Made by a program: the position numbers and the translations under genes. This document shows positions 18,337-26,476 of a stretch of DNA of 37,099 bases, piece after piece (the first letter of the stretch is position 1; each line of letters begins with the position of its first letter). Below the pieces are notes generated by a model. The model made no database searches, had not been told where the DNA came from, and saw only the letters and a program-made list of their open reading frames with translations. This DNA is from an uncultured Oscillospiraceae bacterium. Lineage in GTDB: Bacteria; Bacillota; Clostridia; Oscillospirales; CAG-382. The stretch lies in contig CAYNXA010000001.1 of NCBI GenBank assembly GCA_964401015.1, positions 1-37,099 on the forward strand. The letters are read 5' to 3'.

Positions 18337-19698
18337 TTACAGTATTATCGACTGCGCTCTCAACTTGAAATCAAAATGATGATATCCCGTATTCTCTTTT
18401 ACGAACGAAAGGGTTCGGCAGAGCGGTTCGGGTCTTTCGATCGTGATATCGTAGTCGCCGTAAAATCCGTTGAATACGGCTATTCCGTCCACGTTTGTTT
18501 CGGTTACGACTTCGGTGTGCCAAGTTTTGTTCACCAGCTCGTCCAAAACGTCGTATGCCGGTTTATGACTCATATCGTTTCGCAACAAGCCCGCAAAGAA
18601 TTTGTTTTCGTCGCCGTAGGCGGTTCCGTCGACCAAATTCCACCATACGATCGATTCAATGTTCTTTTGGCTGAACCACAGCGATACCATACGTTTTACC
18701 AATTCCGCTTGCAGGTGTTCGTTTTCTTTATCGTTCGACCAAGAGGGAATCGATGTTTCGCTTATGTGTATCGGAAGGTTAAATTCGGAATAGGTTTCGA
18801 AAACGTCGTTTAACCGCAGGGCGTTGTACACTTCGGAATGGTCGGTTTCGAACGCATGAAATTGCATGCCGATTCCCTCAATCGGAACGCCCTCCGATAA
18901 ATGGCGCTTCAGCATTAAGTAATAAACGCTTTTGTCGCCGCAATATTGACCGCTGTCTTTTCCGAACGTTTCGAAACAGCCCTCGTTCCAAAACAGCGTT
19001 GAATTCGGAAAATATTTTTTCGCGATATCAAATGCCCATTTGGCGTGTTGTTTATCATCGCAAATCGGAAATTTCCGATGTGTTGCGCCGTAGGTGTTTT
19101 TGTAAACGGTGAACATCTCGTTGATAACGTCCAAATCCAAGAAATCGTCACCGTAGCGCTCGGCAATTTCGCGGGATCGCTTGTCAACCGCCATGCGAAC
19201 GGAACGGCGATCTTCCGGCAACCAATCGGGATTGAACGCATTATACATCAGGCAATGCCCTTTCATGCGGATTTGGTTTTCGACACAGTATTCTTTGATC
19301 AAATCCAACGAGGGACGACGATAAATGTTCTCACAATTTTTGTCGAAACGCAACTGACCTTGCTTCGGTTCAAGGGTGTCCCAATATAGCGGCACAACGC
19401 CATAATTAAATACCTTTTTGAATTTTTCGCGATATTTTTTGTTTCGTTCTTCTTCCGGAAATTGATCGAGCAAAAATGTGGAACAGCCGAATTTGAATTC
19501 ATGGCTTTGCTGTACGGCTTTGATTTTGACATTTTTTAACGGATTGCCGTCGCGGTCGAGAATTTTTACGGCAAACAGACCCTTACGATATTCTTCGATA
19601 CCGCGCCGAATTTTTTCGCTCGTAAAGGGTTCGTAGCGGTCAAATTCACGTATACGTTCTTCCATTTCAAGAATATGGTGGATTGTTTCGTTGTTCAT
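18337..19698 (-). CDS. Glycoside hydrolase family 10-like enzyme (xylanase-type clan GH-A), no signal peptide
   Basis: 453 aa. GH10-like motifs are YWDTLEP, MKGHCLMYN, DLDVINEM (acid/base Glu context), LFWNEG, GIGMQFH and LPIHISETSI (nucleophile Glu context). RBS GGGAGAAA. The N-terminus is hydrophilic. Confidence 0.75.
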   Translation of the reverse strand: MNNETIHHILEMEERIREFDRYEPFTSEKIRRGIEEYRKGLFAVKILDRDGNPLKNVKIKAVQQSHEFKFGCSTFLLDQFPEEERNKKYREKFKKVFNYGVVPLYWDTLEPKQGQLRFDKNCENIYRRPSLDLIKEYCVENQIRMKGHCLMYNAFNPDWLPEDRRSVRMAVDKRSREIAERYGDDFLDLDVINEMFTVYKNTYGATHRKFPICDDKQHAKWAFDIAKKYFPNSTLFWNEGCFETFGKDSGQYCGDKSVYYLMLKRHLSEGVPIEGIGMQFHAFETDHSEVYNALRLNDVFETYSEFNLPIHISETSIPSWSNDKENEHLQAELVKRMVSLWFSQKNIESIVWWNLVDGTAYGDENKFFAGLLRNDMSHKPAYDVLDELVNKTWHTEVVTETNVDGIAVFNGFYGDYDITIERPEPLCRTLSFVKENTGYHHFDFKLRAQSIIL

Positions 19699-19917
19699 AG
19701 ATCGTTTCTCCCGATGGTTGATTCTTAATATTCGATGTTACGATAGGATAGACTTCGACCTTTGTCGGAGCGGGGTATTCGTTTCGCAGGGATTTGTGTT
19801 TTCTTCATCTTTACAGATTTCGAAAACGCCCGATGTTACCCATCCATATTTTATCACAGTCTTTTCGATCGGTATGCCTCAAAAACGATAAAAAAGGATG
19901 TTTTTTCGAAACAATTC

Positions 19918-19946
19918 TGTACAATGGGAAAATTTTATGTTAGAAT
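19918..19946 (+). promoter_or_regulatory. Putative promoter of the long AraC regulator gene
   Basis: TGTACA (19918-19923), 17-nt spacer, TAGAAT (19941-19946), with a TGt extended -10. Confidence 0.4.
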
Positions 19947-20040
19947 AGAAGCGAAAACCTTGGAATATTCGTCTGCGCGGATTTTTTATGCGCGGTGACG
20001 AAAGATTTGCACAAAGCATAAGAAAGGGGCGGCGTGTGCT

Positions 20041-21396
20041 ATGAACGAACTTTTGAATGGGGAATATTCGTTGCGTTTTACGTGCGAATCGGTTATCAAA
20101 ACCGACGACCGCGAGCGACAATTTCCACCGTCCGATTCGGTCGCGCATCACCTTGTTGCCGTTACGGCGGGCAACGTGCGAATCACGGGAAAAGCGAAAG
20201 ATATATCGTTATGTGAGGGGTGGGCGGCTTTTTTTGAGGACGACCGCATTACAGTGCAATCGGATCCCGATTCGGTCATTTCCTGCATTTCGTTTCACGG
20301 TTCGCTCTTTCATGTGTTGTCCGAGCTTTCGCTTGCGACGAATGTTTCTTACCCGATGAACGGCGAACTTTTTTCGATTTTGGAAGAAATGTTTTCCGAT
20401 GACAGGACAAGTTCGCAAATCGGCGCGCCGTTGCTTTTCACCTCGCGTATGTTGGAATTTTGCACGATGCTTTCCAAACGGTTGCACAGTCTTGAACTGC
20501 CCGCAAGCACGGTCGGAATCGACGGCTTTTCGGTCGACAAGGTGGCATTTCGGAAAAAAGGCGTTTTTCATGGGCGCGAATGTGTGAAGATCACGCCCAA
20601 CCGTGAAAAGAGCGAACTTGTCGTGCTGGAAAATTATCGGCTTCAATCCGAACGAATCGACCCGCGGCATTGCCGCTATATGCAAATGCACTATTATTTC
20701 GAAAGCGACGGGAAAGAAGAACGGTCGGCGCGATTGCGTATTTTGAATTGCGTCGAAGAGACCGATATCGACAAAGACCCGCGTGCCGCCGATATTCATA
20801 CGCCGTATACCAACCTCTATTTCGGGGAGGATTACTATGCGCCTCTTTGTCGGAATCGGTGGTCGAGCGTTCTTTTTAAGATTGAGCTGTCGGAAAATAC
20901 CGAAAAGGTTCTTGCCGGTATGAAACGCCCGATCTTGCGACAGATCAAGATCGACCCGTTCGGAATCGTAGGTTCGAATCGACTTGAACCGAACGACACC
21001 ATGTATATTTCGTCGCTGACTTTTTATTCGGGAATTTCGCTTTTACCCGACGGGAACCGTTCGTATATGGTAGCAATCAAAAATCATATCGATGAGCATT
21101 ACCGCCACGAACTACCGCTGTCGTATTATGCCGACGCCTGCCGAATGACGGTCGGGCATTTTATCAAGCGCTTTAAGACCGAATACGGCGTTACCCCTCA
21201 TCAATATGTTTTGGATAAACGGTTTGAATGGGTTCTGCAATATCTGAAAGACGAAAATTGTTCGATCGAACGGGTGGCGCACGATGCGGGATTTTCCGAT
21301 CCGCAATATTTTGCGCGACTTTTCAAAAAACGTCTCGGTATGACGCCGACGGCGTATCGCAAAAGTAAAATGCAAACAAATCCCGACAAAAATTGA
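20041..21396 (+). CDS. AraC family transcriptional regulator with an unusual ~200-aa central insertion
   Basis: 451 aa. C-terminal AraC HTH (YYADACRMTVGHFIKRFKTEYGVTPHQYVL...IERVAHDAGFSDPQYFARLFKKRLGMTPTAYR). The N-terminal region of about 100 aa is cupin-like. An additional beta-rich-looking segment (about aa 150-330) is not typical of ~280-aa AraC regulators. Confidence 0.85.
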   Translation: MNELLNGEYSLRFTCESVIKTDDRERQFPPSDSVAHHLVAVTAGNVRITGKAKDISLCEGWAAFFEDDRITVQSDPDSVISCISFHGSLFHVLSELSLATNVSYPMNGELFSILEEMFSDDRTSSQIGAPLLFTSRMLEFCTMLSKRLHSLELPASTVGIDGFSVDKVAFRKKGVFHGRECVKITPNREKSELVVLENYRLQSERIDPRHCRYMQMHYYFESDGKEERSARLRILNCVEETDIDKDPRAADIHTPYTNLYFGEDYYAPLCRNRWSSVLFKIELSENTEKVLAGMKRPILRQIKIDPFGIVGSNRLEPNDTMYISSLTFYSGISLLPDGNRSYMVAIKNHIDEHYRHELPLSYYADACRMTVGHFIKRFKTEYGVTPHQYVLDKRFEWVLQYLKDENCSIERVAHDAGFSDPQYFARLFKKRLGMTPTAYRKSKMQTNPDKN

Positions 21397-21408
21397 TATA
21401 CGAAAGAG

Positions 21409-21434
21409 GCTCTCCGTAAAGAAATACGGAGAGC
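21409..21434. terminator. Hairpin between the convergent AraC gene and the ABC permease remnant
   Basis: Perfect 10-bp stem GCTCTCCGTA / TACGGAGAGC with a 6-nt loop. The flanking T-tracts are weak on both strands. Confidence 0.45.
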
Positions 21435-21441
21435 ATTTATG

Positions 21442-22397
21442 CTATAATCGTCTATTACAGCGGCAAATCTTTTTTGGTGAAACGAATCGAGCCGAGAATA
21501 TAACCACAAGTCCCATAATGCCGAGAACGACGAATTTTGCGATATACGCGTTTGTGCCGTCGATGATCGAAATAACATCAAAGAGCGAAATGACGGTAGC
21601 GTAGTTGAAACGGTTCAGCGCGTCCAGCCGAACGACCGACGGAATGACGGGACTGCCGAACAAGCCGAGCATGGCGGCAACCAAGTCGAAGATCGAAAGC
21701 CCGCCGCCGATTGCCATCGAGCGTTTGCTTCGATCGAACAGTCAGGAAGTGAAGAAGCAAAGTCCCGAAAGAGCAAAGAGCACGAGAAAAGCACCGAGAT
21801 TTAAGAGAAGCAAATTGCCGTAGGTCAGTTCGATTTCCTCGGGCACAAGCGACAAGCAGACACAGCCGGTCGCGGTCGTAAGACCGAACATGGCAAGGAG
21901 CGAACCGATAAGGTATACCGCTTGCGTGAACACGACCGTGCTACGCTTCGTCGAAGTCGAAAGAACGTATGCCATGGACCCGCTGCCGACCTGACCGGCA
22001 ATCAAATTGTTCGACGCCATGATCATGTAAATGATCGGCAACAAGAGCCCCGCCAATTTATAGAAAATCGAACCGACGATCAAGGTGTAAAGATCGGCTT
22101 TCCCGATTTCTTCGAGAGCGCCTGAAACGGCGGTCAAATAGGTGTTTTTGTCGGCAAATTCGCCTTGATTGTATCGGTCGGAAGCAAGCCCAGTTCGTAA
22201 TCCGTGCGGCCGCGATAGGTGACGCTTGAAGTTTTTGCCATATGCTTGACCGAATCGTAGGTGTAGCCGAACGAATCGTATTTTTCTTTTGTGACACCGT
22301 AGGACGAAAGGGTGTCCAAAAGAGCCTCAACCGTTTCGCTGTCGACATTGCCCGCCAGAAATATCGAAGCTCCCTCTTCGGCGTTGTTGTAATAGGA
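21442..22397 (-). pseudogene. ABC-2 type exporter permease, disrupted remnant
   Basis: Permease-like sequence is spread over two frames: a loop segment (SYYNNAEEGASIFLAGNVDSETVEALLD...) and TM segments (IIYMIMASNNLIAGQVGSGSMAYVLSTSTKRSTVVF...). There is a frameshift near 22165-22172 and an in-frame TGA at 21742-21744 (..CFFTS*LFDRSKRSMAIGGG..). The N-terminal TM region appears to be missing. Confidence 0.75.
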
Positions 22398-23041
22398 AAT
22401 TGCGATACGGTCGCATGTCGAATCGATCTCGGAAAAAAGTGACTGGACAGCAGAATCGTTTTGCCGCGTTTCTTTTCTTCGTGGATAAATTCGATAAAGT
22501 TTTCCTGCATAACGGGGCCCAATCCGCTGGTCGGCTCGTCCAGAATCAAAACGTCGGGGTCGGACATGAATGCCGTTACCACCGCCAATTTTCACTTAAC
22601 GCCGAGGCTCATTCGTTTGGTTTCGCCGCGCAGAACATTGTCTTCCAACGCAAAAAGCGAAAGCATTTATTCCAAACGCTCTCGATTATGTATGTTTTGC
22701 ATATCTTGCATCATGCGGATAAATTCCCATCCGGTAAGACCCGCCGGCAAGGCGATTTCGCCGGGGATATAGCCGACGCGGTTGAGAAAATCGGCATAAT
22801 GCTCGAACGTATCGTAACCGAAAATTTGCGCCGAACCCGAATCGGGCTTCGAAAAGCCCATGAGATGACGAATGGTCGTGGATTTTCCCGCACCGTTCGG
22901 CCCCAAAAAGCCGAACACTTCGCCTTTGTTTACTCGAAAATCAACGTCGAATATGCCGCGCCCGAAGCCGTAATCTTTGGTCAAATGTTTGACTTCGAGA
23001 ATCGGTTCCGAGGCGGAACGAAGCGTGTTCTCTTTTCCCAT
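22398..23041 (-). pseudogene. ABC transporter ATP-binding protein, disrupted
   Basis: Walker A GPNGAGKST, signature-like MSLGVK*KLAVV, Walker B VLILDEPTSGL and the H-loop LLSSH are all in one frame. That frame is interrupted by TAA (22667-22669) and TGA (22592-22594), then by a frameshift in an A6/T6 run (22433-22438). The usual C-terminal ~70 aa after CDRIAI are absent, and the sequence runs straight into permease-loop sequence. Confidence 0.85.
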
Positions 23042-23066
23042 GTGGTAAGCTCCTTTCTTTTTTTAA

Positions 23067-23155
23067 CAGTGTTGACATTTGAACTGTGTTGTATTATAAT
23101 AGAATCGAGGCGTACAGAAAAGTACAAATATTTTATCAGTGTTAAAATCTGAACA
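23067..23155. promoter_or_regulatory. Two copies of an operator-like imperfect palindrome (candidate TetR binding sites)
   Basis: CAGTGTTGACATTTGAACT (23067-23085) and CAGTGTTAAAATCTGAACA (23137-23155) are identical at 14/19 positions. Each has dyad symmetry GTTnAnATnTnAAC, and CAGT/ACTG flanks are present in copy 1. Copy 1 overlaps the -35 hexamer. Confidence 0.45.
23072..23100 (+). promoter_or_regulatory. Consensus SigA-type promoter of the TetR gene
   Basis: TTGACA (23072-23077), 17-nt spacer, TATAAT (23095-23100), both hexamers perfect, about 95 nt upstream of the TetR start codon. Confidence 0.65.
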
Positions 23156-23194
23156 ATGTCGAAAAAAGTGTAAAAAGAAGAAAGGCAAACCGAT

Positions 23195-23764
23195 ATGAAA
23201 GCGCAGAATTTGAACAATTCGTCCAGAAAAACACGGCGGGTCATCAAGAAAGTATTTGCCGAAATGTTGTCCGAAAAGAAAGAACTCGGAAAAATCGCGG
23301 TCAGCGAGCTGTGCAAGCGCGCCGATATCAGTCGCGGGTCGTTTTATTCGCATTACGACGATATTTACGGCGTTGCCGAGGATTACGAAAACGAAATGAT
23401 CGACGCGTTTTTCGATACCGCGCGGCTGTTTGAATCGCAAAACATTTTGCAATTCATCGATTCGATTTTCGAATTCATTCGCAAAAACAATGAAAACTAC
23501 CGATTGCTCTGCCGTTCGAACGATTTTTTGTTTGCCGCCAAAAAGCTGACGACGATCGCGTCGGAAAAACTTTTGGAGCTGTGTTACAACGACAGTCGTA
23601 TCAAAAATCGCGTGCATTTGGAATTGGATCTGCAAATCTTTTTGGAGGGACTTCTGTGTGAATATGTGAAGATCTGTCGCGGTTACACAAACGGCACCTT
23701 GGAAGATCTGTATACCTACACGGTTTATTGGGTGGAAAAATTCATTGCGTCTCGCTCGGCGTGA
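23195..23764 (+). CDS. TetR/AcrR family transcriptional regulator
   Basis: 189 aa with an N-terminal HTH (KIAVSELCKRADISRGSFYSHYDDIYGV). It is divergent from the decayed ABC exporter genes. Confidence 0.85.
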   Translation: MKAQNLNNSSRKTRRVIKKVFAEMLSEKKELGKIAVSELCKRADISRGSFYSHYDDIYGVAEDYENEMIDAFFDTARLFESQNILQFIDSIFEFIRKNNENYRLLCRSNDFLFAAKKLTTIASEKLLELCYNDSRIKNRVHLELDLQIFLEGLLCEYVKICRGYTNGTLEDLYTYTVYWVEKFIASRSA

Positions 23765-23843
23765 AAAAACGAAAACGATTGCTATTTTGCGGGCTAAATT
23801 GAGCAAGACGAACCGAAAAAATCGATTTTTTTGCGATTTTTTC

Positions 23844-23871
23844 GTGACAAACGGCGAAAATAGTGTATAAT
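23844..23871 (+). promoter_or_regulatory. Putative promoter of the SPFH/Zn-ribbon/TPM operon
   Basis: GTGACA (23844-23849), 16-nt spacer, TATAAT (23866-23871), about 95 nt upstream of the first gene. Confidence 0.4.
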
Positions 23872-23966
23872 AGTGGGTAGAACAAAGAAAGGCTTTATGC
23901 CGACGAAAGGACGAATGATACGTTTGCGTCGGTCAAAGCAGTATTTTTTGAAAGGAGTTTTATATT

Positions 23967-25271
23967 ATGGGATTGATCAAAGCGGGTATCGGAGCGTTGG
24001 GCGGCACACTTGCCGACCAATGGAAAGAATTTTTCTATTGCGACGCCATGCCGAAAGAGGTGTTGGTAACCAAAGGGCAAAAGCGTATTTCAGGACGCTC
24101 GTCCAACACGAAAGGCAATGACAATATTATCACGAGCGGATCGGGCATCGCCGTTGCCGACGGACAATGCATGATGATCGTCGAACAAGGAAAAGTCGTG
24201 GAAGTTTGCGCCGAGGCGGGACAATTTACATACGATGCATCGACCGAGCCGTCGATTTTTTCGGGAAGCCTCGGAAACGCGATCAAAGAAACGTTTAAGA
24301 CGATCGGAAAACGCTTTACCTTCGGCGGCGATACCGCCAAAGACCAGCGCGTATATTACTTCAACACCAAAGAAATTCTCGAAAACAAATTCGGAACGGC
24401 AAATCCCGTTCCCTTCCGTGTGGTCGATTCGAAAATCGGATTGGATATCGACGTGTCGATACGCTGTTCGGGCGTTTATTCCTACAAAATCGAAAATCCG
24501 CTCCTGTTCTATACCAACGTGTGCGGCAATGTGGAAAGCGAATATACGCGCGAGCAATTGGATACGCAGTTGAAAACCGAATTTATCGGCGCACTTCAGC
24601 CGTCGTTCGGCAAACTTTCGGATCTGCAATTGCGTCCCAATCAAATCGTTTCGCACACGACCGAACTTGAAAACGCCATGAACACGGCGCTTTCGGAAAA
24701 ATGGGGCGAGTTGCGCGGATTGAAAGTGGTCAGCATTGCCATCGGCTCGTTGACTTTGCCCGAAGAAGATACCGAACTCATCAAGCAAGCACAGCGCACG
24801 GCAATTTTGCGCGATCCGTCGATGGCGGGCGCAACACTGGTCGGCGCACAAGCCGACGCCATGAAAGCGGCGGCGGCAAACGAAAACGGCGCGATCGGCG
24901 GCTTTGTGGGCATGGGAATGGCGTCGAATGTCGGCGGCACCAATGCGGCAAAACAGCTTTTTGAAATGGCGTCGACGCAAAAAGAAAACGACGGTGCGGG
25001 CAAGGATTCCTCATGGCGCTGTTCGTGCGGCACGGTCGCAAACGGCAATTTCTGTCCCGATTGCGGCGCAAAACGTCCCGAAGACGGCTGGATCTGTTCG
25101 TGCGGTACGGCGAACAAAGGGAAATTCTGTACGAACTGCGGCGAAAAAAAGCCGATCGGGGCGCCTTTGTATCGTTGTGACAAATGCGGCTACGAGCCGG
25201 AAGACCCGAAAAATCCGCCGAAATTCTGCCCGAATTGCGGTGACCGTTTCGACGAATCGGATGTGCGCTGA
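23967..25271 (+). CDS. SPFH/Band-7 domain protein (COG4260, YdjI-like) with three C-terminal zinc ribbons
   Basis: 434 aa. The N-terminus MGLIKAGIGALGGTLADQWKEFFYCD..LV.KGQKR is typical of the 'virion core protein-like' SPFH family that includes B. subtilis YdjI. The C-terminus carries W.CSCG..N.G.FC..CG twice, plus YRCDKCG...FCPNCG. RBS AAAGGAG. Confidence 0.88.
   Translation: MGLIKAGIGALGGTLADQWKEFFYCDAMPKEVLVTKGQKRISGRSSNTKGNDNIITSGSGIAVADGQCMMIVEQGKVVEVCAEAGQFTYDASTEPSIFSGSLGNAIKETFKTIGKRFTFGGDTAKDQRVYYFNTKEILENKFGTANPVPFRVVDSKIGLDIDVSIRCSGVYSYKIENPLLFYTNVCGNVESEYTREQLDTQLKTEFIGALQPSFGKLSDLQLRPNQIVSHTTELENAMNTALSEKWGELRGLKVVSIAIGSLTLPEEDTELIKQAQRTAILRDPSMAGATLVGAQADAMKAAAANENGAIGGFVGMGMASNVGGTNAAKQLFEMASTQKENDGAGKDSSWRCSCGTVANGNFCPDCGAKRPEDGWICSCGTANKGKFCTNCGEKKPIGAPLYRCDKCGYEPEDPKNPPKFCPNCGDRFDESDVR
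25014..25163 (+). repeat. Tandem 75-nt (25-aa) duplication encoding two zinc-ribbon modules
   Basis: The units start at TGG 25014 and TGG 25089. They encode WRCSCGTVANGNFCPDCGAKRPEDG and WICSCGTANKGKFCTNCGEKKPIGA, with clear nucleotide-level similarity (tgttcgtgcgg.acgg...ttctgt....tgcggcg.aaa). Confidence 0.8.
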
Positions 25272-25366
25272 TACGGATGTTTACGCAAGCAAAAAGCGCG
25301 AGAATGACGAGAATGAATTAAACATATCAAAACGAATCCAAACGAATGGAAACATGAGGAGGAAGC

Positions 25367-26464
25367 ATGCAAACTCTGCGGGAGTATAAGTGTCCCTGTT
25401 GCGGCGGAGCGATTGCCTTTGACAGCGCCTCGCAAACGCTGAAATGTCCGTATTGCGATACCGAATTCGAACCCGAAACGCTGTCGGAATACGAACACGT
25501 TTTGAAAGAAACCGAGACCGAAACCGAACACGCGGAATGGGAAAAAGCGAGCAACGAATGGCCGGCGGACGACGCCGAACAGCTTTGTACTTATGTTTGC
25601 CGTTCTTGCGGCGGCGAAATCGTGGGTGACGAAACCACGGCGGCGACGTCGTGTCCGTTTTGCGGCAACCACGTCGTTATGGAAAACAAGTTGTCGGGAC
25701 AACTGAAGCCCGATCTTGTGATTCCGTTTCGGTTGGACAAAAATGCCGCTGTTGCCAATTTGAAAAAACATTTTTCGGGCAAACGGTTGCTTCCGAAAGC
25801 CTTTAAGGACGAAAATCATTTGGACGAGATCCAAGGTGTCTACGTGCCGTTTTGGCTGTTCGATACCGATGTGCGGGCGAATATTCGTTACCGCGCGACG
25901 CGCATTCGCACGTGGAGCGACAGTCGTTACGATTACACCGAAACGTCACATTATGCGGTGAGTCGCGGCGGGACACTCGGATTCGACCATGTGCCGGTGG
26001 ACGGATCGTCCAAAATGGCAAACGATCTGACCGAATCGCTCGAACCGTACGATTTGAGCGAAGCGGTGGATTTTAACGCGGCGTATTTGGCGGGCTATTT
26101 GGCAAACCGTTACGATGTCGGACAGGAAGAAAGCACCGAACGGGCAAACGAACGGGTGAAGCAGGCGACCGAGCGGGCATTCGGCGAGACGGTGAACGGA
26201 TATGCGACCGTTGTTCCCGAAAGCAGTAATATCCGGCTGTCGAACGGAAAGGTGCGCTATGCACTCTTTCCTGTGTGGATATTGAATACAAGTGCGAACG
26301 GCAAAACCTATACGTTTGCGATGAATGGGCAAACGGGAAAATTGGTTGGTGATCTGCCGTGTGATGCGAAAGCGGCATGGAAATGGTTTTTCGGACTTAC
26401 GGCGGCGTGCGGAGCGGGACTTTACCTGTTTTTGACCTTGCTCGGCGCGACAGGCGCACTTTAA
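25367..26464 (+). CDS. Zinc-ribbon membrane protein, YdjG-like
   Basis: 365 aa. Two N-terminal CxxC..CxxC ribbons (CPCCGG...CPYC; CRSCGG...CPFCG) and one C-terminal TM helix (WKWFFGLTAACGAGLYLFLTLLGA). RBS GAGGAGG. Confidence 0.8.
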   Translation: MQTLREYKCPCCGGAIAFDSASQTLKCPYCDTEFEPETLSEYEHVLKETETETEHAEWEKASNEWPADDAEQLCTYVCRSCGGEIVGDETTAATSCPFCGNHVVMENKLSGQLKPDLVIPFRLDKNAAVANLKKHFSGKRLLPKAFKDENHLDEIQGVYVPFWLFDTDVRANIRYRATRIRTWSDSRYDYTETSHYAVSRGGTLGFDHVPVDGSSKMANDLTESLEPYDLSEAVDFNAAYLAGYLANRYDVGQEESTERANERVKQATERAFGETVNGYATVVPESSNIRLSNGKVRYALFPVWILNTSANGKTYTFAMNGQTGKLVGDLPCDAKAAWKWFFGLTAACGAGLYLFLTLLGATGAL

Positions 26465-26476
26465 GGGGGAAGAAGC

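Noticed and set aside
19733-19839. 9-nt direct repeat CGATGTTAC at 19733-19741 and 19831-19839 in the GH10/AraC divergent intergenic region, considered as possible AraC half-sites.
   Set aside because: A 9-mer recurring once within about 340 bp is expected by chance at roughly the 20% level, and there is no flanking similarity or symmetry.
21742-22669. In-frame TGA/TAA codons in the ABC genes as possible stop-codon recoding, selenocysteine or an alternative genetic code.
   Set aside because: Intact genes in the window terminate on TGA (nusA, murA), TAA (infB, rbfA) and TAG. No other conserved gene carries internal stops. The same locus also has frameshifts and a deletion. Ordinary pseudogenisation is the simpler explanation.
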